A DNA stretch of 64,000 nucleotides from Thermoplasmata archaeon (GCA_021162065.1 JAGGZK010000049.1:11952-75951), one strand, 5' to 3'. Positions 9,537 to 20,088 are shown, counted from the stretch's first letter. Program-made: numbers and translations. Notes: generated by a model from the sequence alone, not told the origin.

Positions 9537-10889
9537 TCAGTAGATTCCCTGGTCTATCATAGAGTCGGCAACCTTTACGAAGCCGGCAATGTTGGCTCCA
9601 ATAAGCAGGTTGCCGGGATGCCCGAATTTCTCCGCATACTTTGCGCTGGCATTGTAGATGTTCACCATGATATCATGCAGTTTTCTGTCCACTTCCTCTG
9701 CCGTCCACTGCAGTCTTATGCTGTTCTGGCTCATTTCCAAGCCGCTGACGGCAACGCCCCCAGCATTTGCAGCCTTCGCCGGTCCAAAGAGCACGCCGTT
9801 CTCGTGGAAGTAGTCAATTGCCTCCAGCGTGGATGGCATGTTTGCTCCTTCCACCACAGCCATCACTCCTGCATCCACAAGCTTCTTTGCATCATTCAGG
9901 TCAATTTCGTTCTGTGTTGCATTTGGAAATGCAATGTCTGCAGCATCAACAATATCCCATGCTTTCTTTCCGGGATGCCAGTCCAGACCGAATTTCTCCG
10001 CCACTTCCTCCAGTCTTCCATGCTTTATTGCCTTTGTCTCATACACAGCCTGCCATATCTCATCGTTTATTCCGTCTGGCAGATACATTGCTCCCTTGGA
10101 ATCGGAAAGTGTTATCACCTTTCCTCCGAGTTCCGTAACTTTCTTTGCAGCAAACTGGGCAACGTTACCGCTTCCGGACATTACAACCTTCTTTCCATTT
10201 AAGTCCGTTCCCTTTGACTTCAGCATCTCCATGAGGAAGTATGTTGCTCCATAACCAGTTGCCTCAGGCCTTATATATGAACCGCCCCAGTTCAGTCCCT
10301 TTCCTGTGAGCACGCCTTCAAATCTATTGACTATCTTCTTATATGTTCCGAACAAATAGCCGATTTCTCTTCCTCCAACGCCTATATCTCCGGCTGGCAC
10401 ATCAGTATTTGGTCCGATGTGGCGGTACAACTCGCTCATGAATGCCTCGCAGAAGCGGCGAACCTCGCTGTCGCTCTTTCCATGCGGATCAAAATCGCTG
10501 CCGCCCTTGCCGCCGCCCATTGGCAGCCCTGTCAGTGAGTTCTTGAATATCTGCTCGAAACCGAGGAATTTGAGAATGCTCAAGTTGACGGTGGGATGGA
10601 ACCTCAATCCTCCCTTATATGGGCCGAGTGCGCTGTTGAACTCGACTCTATAACCCCTATTTACATGTATCTCGTGATTGTCATCCTCCCATGAAACACG
10701 GAACATTATGACGCGCTCTGGCTCTGTTATCCTCTCCAGTATCTTGTGCTTCATGTATTTTGGCTCCTTCTCTATTACAGGTATCAGTGAGGTCAAAACC
10801 TCCGTTACTGTCTGGTGAAACTCCTTCTCCCCTGGATTCTTCTCCTTCACTTTTTCTATAATATCTTCTACATATTCCTTGGCATTCAT
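9537..10889 (-). CDS. gdhA: NADP-specific glutamate dehydrogenase
   Basis: GPYKGGLRFHP, GGGKGGSDFDP, DVPAGDIGVG, RPEATGYG, KAANAGGV; GGTGA RBS before ATG 10889. Confidence 0.95.
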   Translation of the reverse strand: MNAKEYVEDIIEKVKEKNPGEKEFHQTVTEVLTSLIPVIEKEPKYMKHKILERITEPERVIMFRVSWEDDNHEIHVNRGYRVEFNSALGPYKGGLRFHPTVNLSILKFLGFEQIFKNSLTGLPMGGGKGGSDFDPHGKSDSEVRRFCEAFMSELYRHIGPNTDVPAGDIGVGGREIGYLFGTYKKIVNRFEGVLTGKGLNWGGSYIRPEATGYGATYFLMEMLKSKGTDLNGKKVVMSGSGNVAQFAAKKVTELGGKVITLSDSKGAMYLPDGINDEIWQAVYETKAIKHGRLEEVAEKFGLDWHPGKKAWDIVDAADIAFPNATQNEIDLNDAKKLVDAGVMAVVEGANMPSTLEAIDYFHENGVLFGPAKAANAGGVAVSGLEMSQNSIRLQWTAEEVDRKLHDIMVNIYNASAKYAEKFGHPGNLLIGANIAGFVKVADSMIDQGIY

Positions 10890-11026
10890 TTTTTCACCGC
10901 GGGTAATACCAATACTAAATATAAACTTTAGTTGAGAAATGCTAACATTTATCACGAAAATGAATTAAAGGGTTAGATGCTAATAATCCAGAATGGATAA
11001 GGAACCACCTCCTGAAGGCGATATGC

Positions 11027-12229
11027 ATGGTGCCCGGGATATTCAGGGAAAGCACAGTGGCAAAGGACCTAAAGGAGAGTTTACTCTCTCTTCTTCTATC
11101 CACCTTTGGTGATCTGATAACCGGGGTGACCATCGGCTTTTTTACCGGGAGACTAAATGCTGTTCCTGCCCTTCTGATTTTAATACCCCCTGCCATAGGT
11201 ATGAGGGGCAATATATTCGCCTCTCTTGGCTCACGGCTCGGCACATACCTCCATACTGGAGAACTTGTAATAGGAAAGAGAAATAACATTTTTAAGGAGA
11301 ATCTGAACTCCTCCTTTGCCCTGACCTTCATCATGAGCATCTATATAGCCATAATAGCGTGGATGATAGCAGTGCATCTTGGAATGGAGGTGACAATTAT
11401 CGATATGATTCTCATATCCTCCCTGGCAGGAATCTTCTCCGCCCTCATCATGATATTCTTCACCTTCTTCATAGCATTCATGTCATATAAAAGGGGATGG
11501 AATCCCGACAACATGACGGCGCCCCTCATCACGCTCGCCGGCGACATAATAACGCTTCCCCTTCTCTTCTTCTCCATGGAGATGGTTCTCATCATGAACG
11601 ATGTGGAAAAGGAGATTCTTCTCTTCTCCGTTGTTTCATTCACCCTAATAAATTCTCTTCTATCCATGAAGCAGCCCCTTGCCAGAAGAATTCTCATAGA
11701 GAGTGTGCCTGTCTTTCTGGTATGTGGCCTCCTGAGCAGTTTCTCCGGCAGCGTGCTGGGCTCGAGGTTTGACGCCCTCATGGGCAGCGCCGCCATCCTC
11801 ACCATAGTGCCGGCCTTTCTGGAAGATGGAGGAGCCATAGGAGGCATACTTGCGGCCCGTTTTTCCTCAGCCCTCCACATCGGTGAGATGAAGTATGGAA
11901 GAAAGATTCCGAGGAATGCCCTCAATCTTTTTGTGGTGATGCATCTGATAGGGCTGGTGATATTCCCCCTCATCGGTATCTTTGGCTATTTCATAGGCGG
12001 ATGGATGGGGCTGGAGAGCTACAGCATCCTAAGAATGATTTTCATATCCCTTATAGCAGGAGAATTGATGGTATTTATTGTGAATATTCTATCATATCAT
12101 GTATCCGGTGTATCATTCAAAATGGGAGTGAATCCGGACAATGTGGCAATCCCAATACTCACAAGCCTGATGGATTTCATTGGCGTGAGTTGTCTTATAG
12201 GCGTCGCCCTTGTTTTAGGTTCTGGCTAA
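11027..12229 (+). CDS. MgtE/SLC41-type divalent cation transporter (two membrane repeats)
   Basis: P..IGMRGN, NPDNMTAPLIT..GD and NPDNVAIPILTS..D. Confidence 0.88.
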   Translation: MVPGIFRESTVAKDLKESLLSLLLSTFGDLITGVTIGFFTGRLNAVPALLILIPPAIGMRGNIFASLGSRLGTYLHTGELVIGKRNNIFKENLNSSFALTFIMSIYIAIIAWMIAVHLGMEVTIIDMILISSLAGIFSALIMIFFTFFIAFMSYKRGWNPDNMTAPLITLAGDIITLPLLFFSMEMVLIMNDVEKEILLFSVVSFTLINSLLSMKQPLARRILIESVPVFLVCGLLSSFSGSVLGSRFDALMGSAAILTIVPAFLEDGGAIGGILAARFSSALHIGEMKYGRKIPRNALNLFVVMHLIGLVIFPLIGIFGYFIGGWMGLESYSILRMIFISLIAGELMVFIVNILSYHVSGVSFKMGVNPDNVAIPILTSLMDFIGVSCLIGVALVLGSG

Positions 12230-12475
12230 AAGGATCTCTATGGCCGATACGTTCCTGTCCTCCATCTCCTCGGTAAAAATCTTTATGTCCTTTATCTCCA
12301 CGCCCTCCAGGAACTTGTTTATGCTTATCTGGCAGGCGTCAACGGCTGTGGATATTGCCCTCCCCCTTGCCTTTATGGTAACCTCGTTTGCCCCCTTTTC
12401 GAACTCTGTCACCACTGCCGTGGCGTATTTTATCGGTGCCTTATTCCCTATATATATTACTGCTTCGGATTCCAT
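12215..12475 (-). CDS. albA: Chromatin protein Alba
   Basis: IYIGNK, IKARGRAISTAVD, NVSAIEILL. Confidence 0.93.
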   Translation of the reverse strand: MESEAVIYIGNKAPIKYATAVVTEFEKGANEVTIKARGRAISTAVDACQISINKFLEGVEIKDIKIFTEEMEDRNVSAIEILLART

Positions 12476-12574
12476 TGAATGGCAATCCATTTGTTTATAT
12501 AAAGTTTTTTATAAGATTCCCTGATGCATGCGGCTGCCCCAAAACTAATATAATAAAAAAACATAACAAAATTA

Positions 12575-12997
12575 ATGAGAAAGGATAGGGATGGCGAGAT
12601 AAGGATTGGCATTGTCGTTTCGGAATTCAACTATGACATAACCATGATGATGCTTGAGCGCGCCCGAGAGCATGCGGAGTTTCTTGGGGCGAGAGTGGAG
12701 AGGGTCGTTAAGGTGCCGGGCGTCCTGGATATGCCCATCGCGGTGAAAAAGTTAATGCAGGATATAAACATAGACGGCGTTGTTGTTCTCGGGGCGGTTA
12801 TAGAGGGTGAGACGGAGCATGATGAAGTGGTGATGCAGCAGGCAGCCAGGAAAGTTGTGGATTTATCCGTCGAATTTGAAAAGCCCCTTGGCTTTGGCAT
12901 CACGGGCCATGGCATGAGCCGCCTGCAGGCGGAGGAGAGAATAGAGAGGGCGAAGCAGGCGGTGGAAACGGTGGTAAAGCTCTGCAGGAGACTGTGA
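12575..12997 (+). CDS. ribH: 6,7-dimethyl-8-ribityllumazine synthase, archaeal type
   Basis: IVVSEFN.DIT, VPGV.DMP, GAVIEGETEHDE. Confidence 0.9.
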   Translation: MRKDRDGEIRIGIVVSEFNYDITMMMLERAREHAEFLGARVERVVKVPGVLDMPIAVKKLMQDINIDGVVVLGAVIEGETEHDEVVMQQAARKVVDLSVEFEKPLGFGITGHGMSRLQAEERIERAKQAVETVVKLCRRL

Positions 12998-13006
12998 TAG
13001 CATAAA

Positions 13007-13741
13007 ATGCTGGATGGAAAGAATGCTCTCGTCACTGGAGCAAGCCGTGGAATCGGAAGGGCCATAGCCGTAAAGTTTGCCCAGCACGGCACCTTTGTTG
13101 GTGTCAACTATTTTAAAAGCCATGAAAAGGCAAAGGAAACCATGGAGGACGTGAGGCGTTACTCCGATGGCATCCTTCTCCAGGGAGATGTGGGAAAGCT
13201 GGATGAAGCAAAAAGAATAGTGGAAAAATTTGTTGATGTCGCGGGAGGAATAGACATCCTGGTAAACAATGCCGGCATATATCATAGAACGAGTTTCTTG
13301 GAAATGGATGAGGAGATATGGAATAAAACCATGGAAACCAACCTCAAATCATGCTATAATATGTGCATCCATGCCATCCCCCACATGAAGGAGGGCGGGA
13401 GAATAATATTCATCTCCTCCCAGCTGGCCTTCAAGGGCTCGCCCCACGGTGCTGCCTATGCGGCCAGCAAGGCGGGAATGCTCGGGCTGATGAAAAGTCT
13501 TGCCCTGGAACTGGGGGAGAGGAAAATAACGGTAAATGCGGTGGCTCCCGGAACCATAGAAACGGACATAATCTCAAACTACACTGAGGAGATGAAGAGG
13601 AGGAGGGCGGAGGAGGTGCCGCTAAAACGGCTGGGGGAGCCGGAGGATGTGGCCAACGCCTGTTTATTCCTGGCGAGCAGGATGGCAGATTACATAACAG
13701 GGGAGACGATAGTGGTGAGCGGCGGACTTTACATGAAGTGA
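13007..13741 (+). CDS. SDR oxidoreductase, FabG-like
   Basis: TGASRGIG, NNAG, YAASK, VAPG. Confidence 0.9.
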   Translation: MLDGKNALVTGASRGIGRAIAVKFAQHGTFVGVNYFKSHEKAKETMEDVRRYSDGILLQGDVGKLDEAKRIVEKFVDVAGGIDILVNNAGIYHRTSFLEMDEEIWNKTMETNLKSCYNMCIHAIPHMKEGGRIIFISSQLAFKGSPHGAAYAASKAGMLGLMKSLALELGERKITVNAVAPGTIETDIISNYTEEMKRRRAEEVPLKRLGEPEDVANACLFLASRMADYITGETIVVSGGLYMK

Positions 13742-13816
13742 TTTTATTTACGGAAGCACCGCTCGTGTAAAAATCATCCCGCAGTTGCATTTTTATTCCT
13801 TTAGCCCTTTTGAATC

Positions 13817-14620
13817 ATGGAGCAGGACCGCATCTCCGGAGCGGCTGAGATAGAGGTAAAAGTGATGGAGCATATTCTTCATGCAGAGGACAGATTCTCA
13901 ACCGCCCTGCAAATCCTGCAGGCCTATCCATCTATGGGTTCCATATGGAATGTGGTAAACAATGCCTTTCTGTATGGAGAAAGAGCAGCAGAAAGGTTTG
14001 ATGAGATGAGGAGGGCGCAGGAGAGGATGGTGAAAAACGCCTCTTCCATTATGGAAGATGGCATAACCATAGCCACCTACAGCAGAAGTTCCACCGTGGT
14101 GAGGATACTGAAAAAATGTGCCGGCAAGAAACTAAAGGTAATATGTTCGGAGTCCCGCCCGAACATGGAGGGAAGAAAACTTGCTATAGAGTTGAATGGC
14201 ATTATGGACGTCATAATTACAACAGATGCTGCCCTCCTTTCGTTGGTGGAGGAGGCGGATATGATTCTCATCGGGGCAGATGCCATCACGGAAGGAGGGG
14301 TGGTAAATAAAGTGGGGACAGCCGCCCTCGCATTTCACGCGAAGGCAAAGGAGATACCGATATATGTGGCCGCTCCTTCCTCCAAGGCATTTCCCTTTGT
14401 TTTCATTAAAGAGGAGAGGGGCGAGGAGATATGGGATGACCCTCCTGGAGGGGTGAAAGTGAGGAATGTTTACTTCGACTTCACCCCATCCCATCTGATC
14501 ACCGGCTTCATAACAGAGAAAGGGGTGGCAAAGAATAAACCGGAATTTAACGGAAGAATATCGGAGGAAATAAGGAGAATAGAAAAAATTTTTGTGGAAA
14601 GATATCAGCGGGTGAGATGA
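13817..14620 (+). CDS. eIF-2B/ribose-bisphosphate isomerase family protein
   Basis: SGA, TYSRSSTV, ESRP..EG, GADAI, NKVGT, FDFTP. Confidence 0.85.
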   Translation: MEQDRISGAAEIEVKVMEHILHAEDRFSTALQILQAYPSMGSIWNVVNNAFLYGERAAERFDEMRRAQERMVKNASSIMEDGITIATYSRSSTVVRILKKCAGKKLKVICSESRPNMEGRKLAIELNGIMDVIITTDAALLSLVEEADMILIGADAITEGGVVNKVGTAALAFHAKAKEIPIYVAAPSSKAFPFVFIKEERGEEIWDDPPGGVKVRNVYFDFTPSHLITGFITEKGVAKNKPEFNGRISEEIRRIEKIFVERYQRVR

Positions 14621-14985
14621 AATTCGTATTTGACCGGCATCTCATCCATCTTCCCGCTATATCCACACAACCCACATTTATAGCCCAGCACCACCTTCTC
14701 TCCCAGAAGAGAGATGCTTCTGATTGGCTTCATTTTATTTCCGCAGACGGGGCAGTTCTTCCCCTCCATTTTTCCCTTCCCCTTTTTAACCTCCACCCTC
14801 ACAAAACCGGAGCGGGCTGCTATTATCCTTGCCCTCCTCATGCTGAGGCGATAACTGCTGTCCATTTTCTTTAACTCCTTTGCCATCTCGTCTCTTAATT
14901 TCTTTAGGGAGGAAACATAGCCATACTTTTTGAGCACGGCATAAAGAGCCTTCCTTACTTCCTCCTCCTTGGGGATTTTGTACAT
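14605..14985 (-). CDS. Basic hypothetical protein with a C-terminal Zn ribbon
   Basis: CPVCG ... CGLCGY; host-like composition. Confidence 0.7.
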   Translation of the reverse strand: MYKIPKEEEVRKALYAVLKKYGYVSSLKKLRDEMAKELKKMDSSYRLSMRRARIIAARSGFVRVEVKKGKGKMEGKNCPVCGNKMKPIRSISLLGEKVVLGYKCGLCGYSGKMDEMPVKYEFHLTR

Positions 14986-15025
14986 CCATTTTTAAATGTT
15001 TTCCCGATTTATAAAGTAATATGGT

Positions 15026-16105
15026 TCAGTCCCTCATCACATCTATGGAGTAAAGGTCATTGGTCATTATGCTCCATCTGTAGTATTTCCCGCTGCCCCC
15101 CTTCACTATGCCTCCTACGGGAAGGCCTCCCAGATATGGAGACATGAGCGGGTCTGCCACCAGCCAGTAGCCAAATTCATCTTCAAAGAAGGCATAGCTC
15201 AGATTTGCACTATAATAGGAATCCACATTTTTGAGTATTGAAACATCCTTTCCAATATAAACGGCGGCAAAGGCATGATTGTGGGTGATGTATACTCTTG
15301 CATTTCCCCCGGCTGCGGTAATCATGGCGGCAATGAGCATCGCAAATTCTTCGCAATCTCCCCCATGGTGGAGAGCGTATGATGGAGTATTCCATTCGTC
15401 ATCGCTCTCATTAACATATTTTATGTTTGAATAAACCCAGTCAAATATGGCACATATTTTTCCCACATTGTAGCTGCTTCCATATTCCTCCGTTATCTCC
15501 CTCGTCTTCTCCACCACCTCCACATCATTGGTGTTCACAAGTTTGTTTATTTTGTCGAAATAGGTGTAGTAGTTTTTGTGGAGTTTGTATCCCCCGCTCT
15601 GATAACCATTCACACTCATATTCCATTCCCCTTCCAGATATTCCAGCCCGTGGTCATACCATCTCCCTCCTCTGCCCGCCATGGCATAGGCGCCAATCAT
15701 ATATGTGTGATTCCCCTCGCCTGGGCATCTGAAGGAGAGGAAGAAAACCTTGCTCTCTCCGGGGAAAATCTTCTTCCCGCCATGGAGCATCATGCTCTGC
15801 TCCACCCCATCTATCTTTATGGCAAAACCGTAAATGAATATGTCCGTATTGCCTGTATTATTTATCTGGAGGCGGATGGCACCCATGTAGTTCTTGTAGA
15901 GAGGTGAGAGTTCCCATCTTGCCTCATATTTGTAGTAAATTGGAAGGAGATGGGTTGCTATGGGTTTTTCCACCATGTAAAAGGAGTAGGGCAACGGGGG
16001 CGTTAAATCCCCCTCCTTGAAACCCTCCCTTTCCACATTCTGTATGAAGATGCAACCGCTGAGAAAAAGCATGACTGCAACTGCTGCGGTGACATAAACT
16101 TTCAT
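15026..16105 (-). CDS. Transglutaminase-like domain lipoprotein
   Basis: LFLSGC lipobox; GDCEEFA, HAFA, DP (Cys-His-Asp triad). Confidence 0.85.
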   Translation of the reverse strand: MKVYVTAAVAVMLFLSGCIFIQNVEREGFKEGDLTPPLPYSFYMVEKPIATHLLPIYYKYEARWELSPLYKNYMGAIRLQINNTGNTDIFIYGFAIKIDGVEQSMMLHGGKKIFPGESKVFFLSFRCPGEGNHTYMIGAYAMAGRGGRWYDHGLEYLEGEWNMSVNGYQSGGYKLHKNYYTYFDKINKLVNTNDVEVVEKTREITEEYGSSYNVGKICAIFDWVYSNIKYVNESDDEWNTPSYALHHGGDCEEFAMLIAAMITAAGGNARVYITHNHAFAAVYIGKDVSILKNVDSYYSANLSYAFFEDEFGYWLVADPLMSPYLGGLPVGGIVKGGSGKYYRWSIMTNDLYSIDVMRD

Positions 16106-16182
16106 ATGATGGCAAATTTGTTTGCCCTATAAATGCTTAACCCATGGTAAAGTTTTAAAAATCCGTATATCATTATTCTCGG

Positions 16183-16267
16183 GCGAGGGTAGCCAAGCCA
16201 GGTCCAAGGCGGCAGACTCAAGATCTGCTGGCGTAGGCCATCGCCGGTTCGAATCCGGCCCCTCGCA
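16183..16267 (+). tRNA. tRNA-Leu(CAA)
   Basis: Acceptor GCGAGGG/CCCTCGC, anticodon arm GCAGA-CTCAAGA-TCTGC, long variable arm, GGTTCGAATCC; no encoded CCA; TTTTAAAA upstream. Confidence 0.95.
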
Positions 16268-16316
16268 TTTCCAGATTACACACAAAACTTTTTAATCCCC
16301 TTTGGTATAAATATCT

Positions 16317-18779
16317 ATGAAGAAGTTTATAATAGCGGGCCTTGTTTTTGCAATCGCCATTTACGCCTTTGCACAGCCCACCATCAACAGTGTAAGCGAT
16401 TCTCCTGATCCCGTCGAGATGCCGGGTTATAACAACATCACCGCCGACATAACCAACGCCACAGATGCATGGGTGGAAATAAGCTATCCCAATGCCACCC
16501 TCATGGGCAACTTTTCCATGAGCAATGTGGCAGCCACAACAACATGGTATTATAACCACACATATACATATCCCGACCCACTGGGAACGTATTCATATGT
16601 TGTCAAAGCCCACAACGGTACGGGGTGGAGCACATCAGCCACCTACACTTTTGTTCTGCAAGATACAACAGCTCCCTCATCAAGTGTTGATACCCTGTCA
16701 AAATACTGGTATAACTCACAGCCCATTACCATTACCGCCACAGCAACAGACAATTATGCTGTAGCAAACGTTTCCCTCTGGTATCGCTATAGCACAGATA
16801 ACGCAACATGGGGTGCATGGACATTCTTCGGAAAGGATACAGCCTCACCATGGCAGTGGGATTTTACATTCCCCAATGGAGAGGGTTATTATGAATTCTA
16901 CACCATAGCCAATGATACCGCCGGCAATACAGAGGCAGCCCCAGGTTCTGCTGACGAGACTGCCGGCTATGACATTACGGCACCGTCAAGCAGCGTGGAC
17001 GCCATATCAGGATACTGGCAGACATCTCTTCCGTTGACCATAAATGCCACCGCTTCTGATGCCCTCTCGGGCCTGGCTCAGGTGAGCCTGTATTACCGCT
17101 TCTCCACCGATAATGCCACATGGGGTGCCTGGCAGTTGTTCTCCACCGATTCCGCATCTCCCTGGCAGTGGAGCTTTACCGCTCCTTCAGGAGATGGATA
17201 TTATGAATTCCATACAAGGGCAACGGACAATGCAGGAAATGCTGAAGCAGCACCTCTCTCCGCTGATGAAATTGCTGGTATCGATACCACTCCGCCTTCC
17301 ACAACCATCTCCGCCAGCCTGGCATATCTCTCATATGTGACTCCCTCGTCCGACATATCCCTTTCAGCCACCGACTCTGTCTCGGGTGTTAACACCACCT
17401 ACTATCGCATATGGAACGGCTCCTGGAATCCGGCGCCGGGAACAGGGGTTGGAAAATCGAACAACTTCTATGTTTACTCGGGCGTTTTCCATCTTACGAA
17501 AGAGGGAACAAACTATGTGGAGTATTACAGCACCGACAATGCGGGAAATGTGGAGAGTACCCATAACAGAACATATACCGTTGATAACTCTCCTCCATCC
17601 CTTGGCGCCATCGTAGCCAATCCATCCACACAGGTTCCGGGAGGAAGCGTGAATATAACCTGTACTGTTGAAGACACCCTCTCGGGCGTAAATGCTGTTT
17701 ATCTGGAAGTGACATATCCTGACTCCTCCTTTGCAAACTTCACCATGAACCACATTCCATGCACCACCTATTACAGGGAGGAGATATACAATGTGGAGGG
17801 GATGTACAACTTCACCATATATGCTGTCGATAACTTAGGAAATGCGGTTAAAAGCGGAGTATATCACTTTAACATCACCAGCGTAAATCACCCGCCCAAC
17901 ACACCAACGCAGCCCTCTGGAGTTACATCCGGCTATACAGGTGTGTCATACACCTACTCCACCTCCACCGTCGACCCCGATGGAGATAACATATACTATT
18001 TCTTCGACTGGGGAGACGGAAGCAACAGCGGATGGGTTGGCCCCTATGCTTCCGGTGTCACTGCAAGCGCATCCCACATATGGAGCAGCAGCGGCACCTA
18101 TCATGTGAGGGTAAAGGCGAAGGACACGAACAATGCGGAAAGCAGCTGGTCTTCTTATCTTTCCGTGACCATAAGCCCGTCCAATGCTCCACCCGTAACC
18201 ACCTATTCTCTTAATCCGCCCACCGCAGATGGTAAAAATGGATGGTATCTCCAGAACGTCACCGTCACCCTCTCAGCCACAGATCCCGAAGGAGATGCGA
18301 TACTGTATACAAAGTATAGAATAGATGGTGGCTCATGGATTACCTACACGGCCCCCTTCACCATAAGCAGCGAAGGTGCCCATCTTCTGGAGTACTACAG
18401 CCAGGACGATAAGGGAAGCACGGAGGACATAAAAAGCACCACCATAAAGATAGATAAATCGAAGCCGCACATAACATTGCAGCGTCCCCTCACCGGCTAC
18501 CTCTACCTCTTCGACAGGCAGATATGGCCTCTCGCCAGCGGCAACACCATCATAATAGGGAGGATACTGGTGAGAACTGTTGCCTATGACAGCGACTCGG
18601 ACATAGAGAATGTCACCTTTTATGTGAATGGAATGGTGGAGAGCATAGACACCATGTATCCCTATGAATGGCTGTGGAGGGGAAGCGTCGGCTATTATTA
18701 CCTCCATGCGGTGGCGTATAACAAGGCAGGACTGAAGGAGGAAACGGAACCCATCTTGGTATACATATTCAGCCTGTAA
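16317..18779 (+). CDS. Secreted multi-Ig/PKD surface protein
   Basis: Signal peptide; two ~104-aa repeats (STDNATWGAW..SPWQW..GYYEF); PKD DWGDG; GKNGWY domain; C-terminal Ig-like domain. Confidence 0.85.
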   Translation: MKKFIIAGLVFAIAIYAFAQPTINSVSDSPDPVEMPGYNNITADITNATDAWVEISYPNATLMGNFSMSNVAATTTWYYNHTYTYPDPLGTYSYVVKAHNGTGWSTSATYTFVLQDTTAPSSSVDTLSKYWYNSQPITITATATDNYAVANVSLWYRYSTDNATWGAWTFFGKDTASPWQWDFTFPNGEGYYEFYTIANDTAGNTEAAPGSADETAGYDITAPSSSVDAISGYWQTSLPLTINATASDALSGLAQVSLYYRFSTDNATWGAWQLFSTDSASPWQWSFTAPSGDGYYEFHTRATDNAGNAEAAPLSADEIAGIDTTPPSTTISASLAYLSYVTPSSDISLSATDSVSGVNTTYYRIWNGSWNPAPGTGVGKSNNFYVYSGVFHLTKEGTNYVEYYSTDNAGNVESTHNRTYTVDNSPPSLGAIVANPSTQVPGGSVNITCTVEDTLSGVNAVYLEVTYPDSSFANFTMNHIPCTTYYREEIYNVEGMYNFTIYAVDNLGNAVKSGVYHFNITSVNHPPNTPTQPSGVTSGYTGVSYTYSTSTVDPDGDNIYYFFDWGDGSNSGWVGPYASGVTASASHIWSSSGTYHVRVKAKDTNNAESSWSSYLSVTISPSNAPPVTTYSLNPPTADGKNGWYLQNVTVTLSATDPEGDAILYTKYRIDGGSWITYTAPFTISSEGAHLLEYYSQDDKGSTEDIKSTTIKIDKSKPHITLQRPLTGYLYLFDRQIWPLASGNTIIIGRILVRTVAYDSDSDIENVTFYVNGMVESIDTMYPYEWLWRGSVGYYYLHAVAYNKAGLKEETEPILVYIFSL

Positions 18780-18780
18780 C

Positions 18781-19488
18781 ATGGATGCATTCATAATACT
18801 TGTCGAACCGAAATACCCAGGCAATACTGGCTCTGTCGCCAGGGTCATGAAGAACTTTGGCTTCAGCAATCTTATTCTGGTGAATCCGGCCTTTTCCATA
18901 GATGAGGACGAGTGCAGAAAGTATGCCATGCATGCCCAAGATGTTCTCGACAATGCCCTCATTCTCTCCTCCTTTGAGGAACTGGTTGATAGCATAGACT
19001 ACCTGGTGGGAACCACATCCATAGAAAGCAGGAACGACAGGCATCATCTGAGAAAGGTGATGATGGTCAAGGATTTTGCCAGAGAGATATACAAGATGGA
19101 TGGCAGAATAGGCATCGCCTTCGGAAGGGAGGACTACGGGCTGCTAAACAGCGAGATAGAAAAATGTGATTTGCTGGTGAAGATACCCACGAGCGATGTT
19201 TATCCGTCGATGAATCTCTCCCATGCAGTTGCTGTTCTTCTCTATGAAATCTTTTCCAGCAGATACGAGCCGGAGGAGCGCATACTCGCCAGCGGGATGG
19301 AGAAAGAAAAGATGTATGAGTTCTTTGATGCCCTTCTGGATGCCATAAACTATCCTGAGTACAAGAAGGAAAACACCCGCATACTCTTCCGCAGGGTCAT
19401 GGGGAGAAGCATGCTCTCCAGATGGGAATACCACACCCTCATGGGAGTTTTCAAAAAGGCCATAAGGGCAGCGGAGAAGAAGAAATAA
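18781..19488 (+). CDS. trmJ: SPOUT tRNA 2'-O-methyltransferase, TrmJ family
   Basis: LVEPKYPGNTGSVARVMKNFG, FGREDYGL, YPSMNLSHAV. Confidence 0.88.
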   Translation: MDAFIILVEPKYPGNTGSVARVMKNFGFSNLILVNPAFSIDEDECRKYAMHAQDVLDNALILSSFEELVDSIDYLVGTTSIESRNDRHHLRKVMMVKDFAREIYKMDGRIGIAFGREDYGLLNSEIEKCDLLVKIPTSDVYPSMNLSHAVAVLLYEIFSSRYEPEERILASGMEKEKMYEFFDALLDAINYPEYKKENTRILFRRVMGRSMLSRWEYHTLMGVFKKAIRAAEKKK

Positions 19489-19539
19489 GGCACCGAATAA
19501 CTGCAAAAGATTTTTATTTATTAACTCCCTTATGTATCA

Positions 19540-20088
19540 ATGGATGAAATGGAGCATCTGAGGCAAGTGCTTGATTATATGCCCTGCAGTATATGCGAAA
19601 ATGTTGTGCCGGAGGAGGAAAGGAGATACATGTGCAGCATATGCGCCAGGATAAATAGAATCGTCTCCGCCGACAGGGCCATTCCCAAATGGAGGGTGGA
19701 TGAGGATGGTAACATAGTCCCCATAGAGGGAATGGACATGGAGGAACTCAAGCCAAGCATAAAGGTTATTGAAGAAGGAGAGGAGGAGGAAGAAAAGGAG
19801 GAGAAGGTTGAAATAGAGGTTCTCGAGGTTGGAGAGGATATAAAGGAGGAAGAGCTCACCATAGAGGAGGAGCTCCCAGAATGGGAGGCAATGGGAGATG
19901 AGGTTTACAAACATGGCGACTACACTCTTTACACCAAGGAGGTTATTCTGAGGGGTGGGAGAAAACAGAGGATATACTTCTTCAGCAAAAAGGAGGTGCA
20001 GGACGCAACCCCTTCACCGCTGCCAGAAGGTTATGAAGTGGGCATAAATAAGAGGACGGGACTTCCATATCTGAGAAAGAAGAAATAA
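19540..20088 (+). CDS. Hypothetical protein: CxxC..CxxC N-terminus, Glu-rich linker, basic C-terminal domain
   Basis: CSIC twice; poly-Glu stretch; YTLY..V.LRGGRKQRIYFFS..RTGLPYLRKK; stop overlaps the queA ATG. Confidence 0.75.
   Translation: MDEMEHLRQVLDYMPCSICENVVPEEERRYMCSICARINRIVSADRAIPKWRVDEDGNIVPIEGMDMEELKPSIKVIEEGEEEEEKEEKVEIEVLEVGEDIKEEELTIEEELPEWEAMGDEVYKHGDYTLYTKEVILRGGRKQRIYFFSKKEVQDATPSPLPEGYEVGINKRTGLPYLRKKK

Noticed and set aside
13740..13776. Imperfect hairpin after the SDR gene
   Set aside because: Weak, AT-rich pairing; at most a terminator
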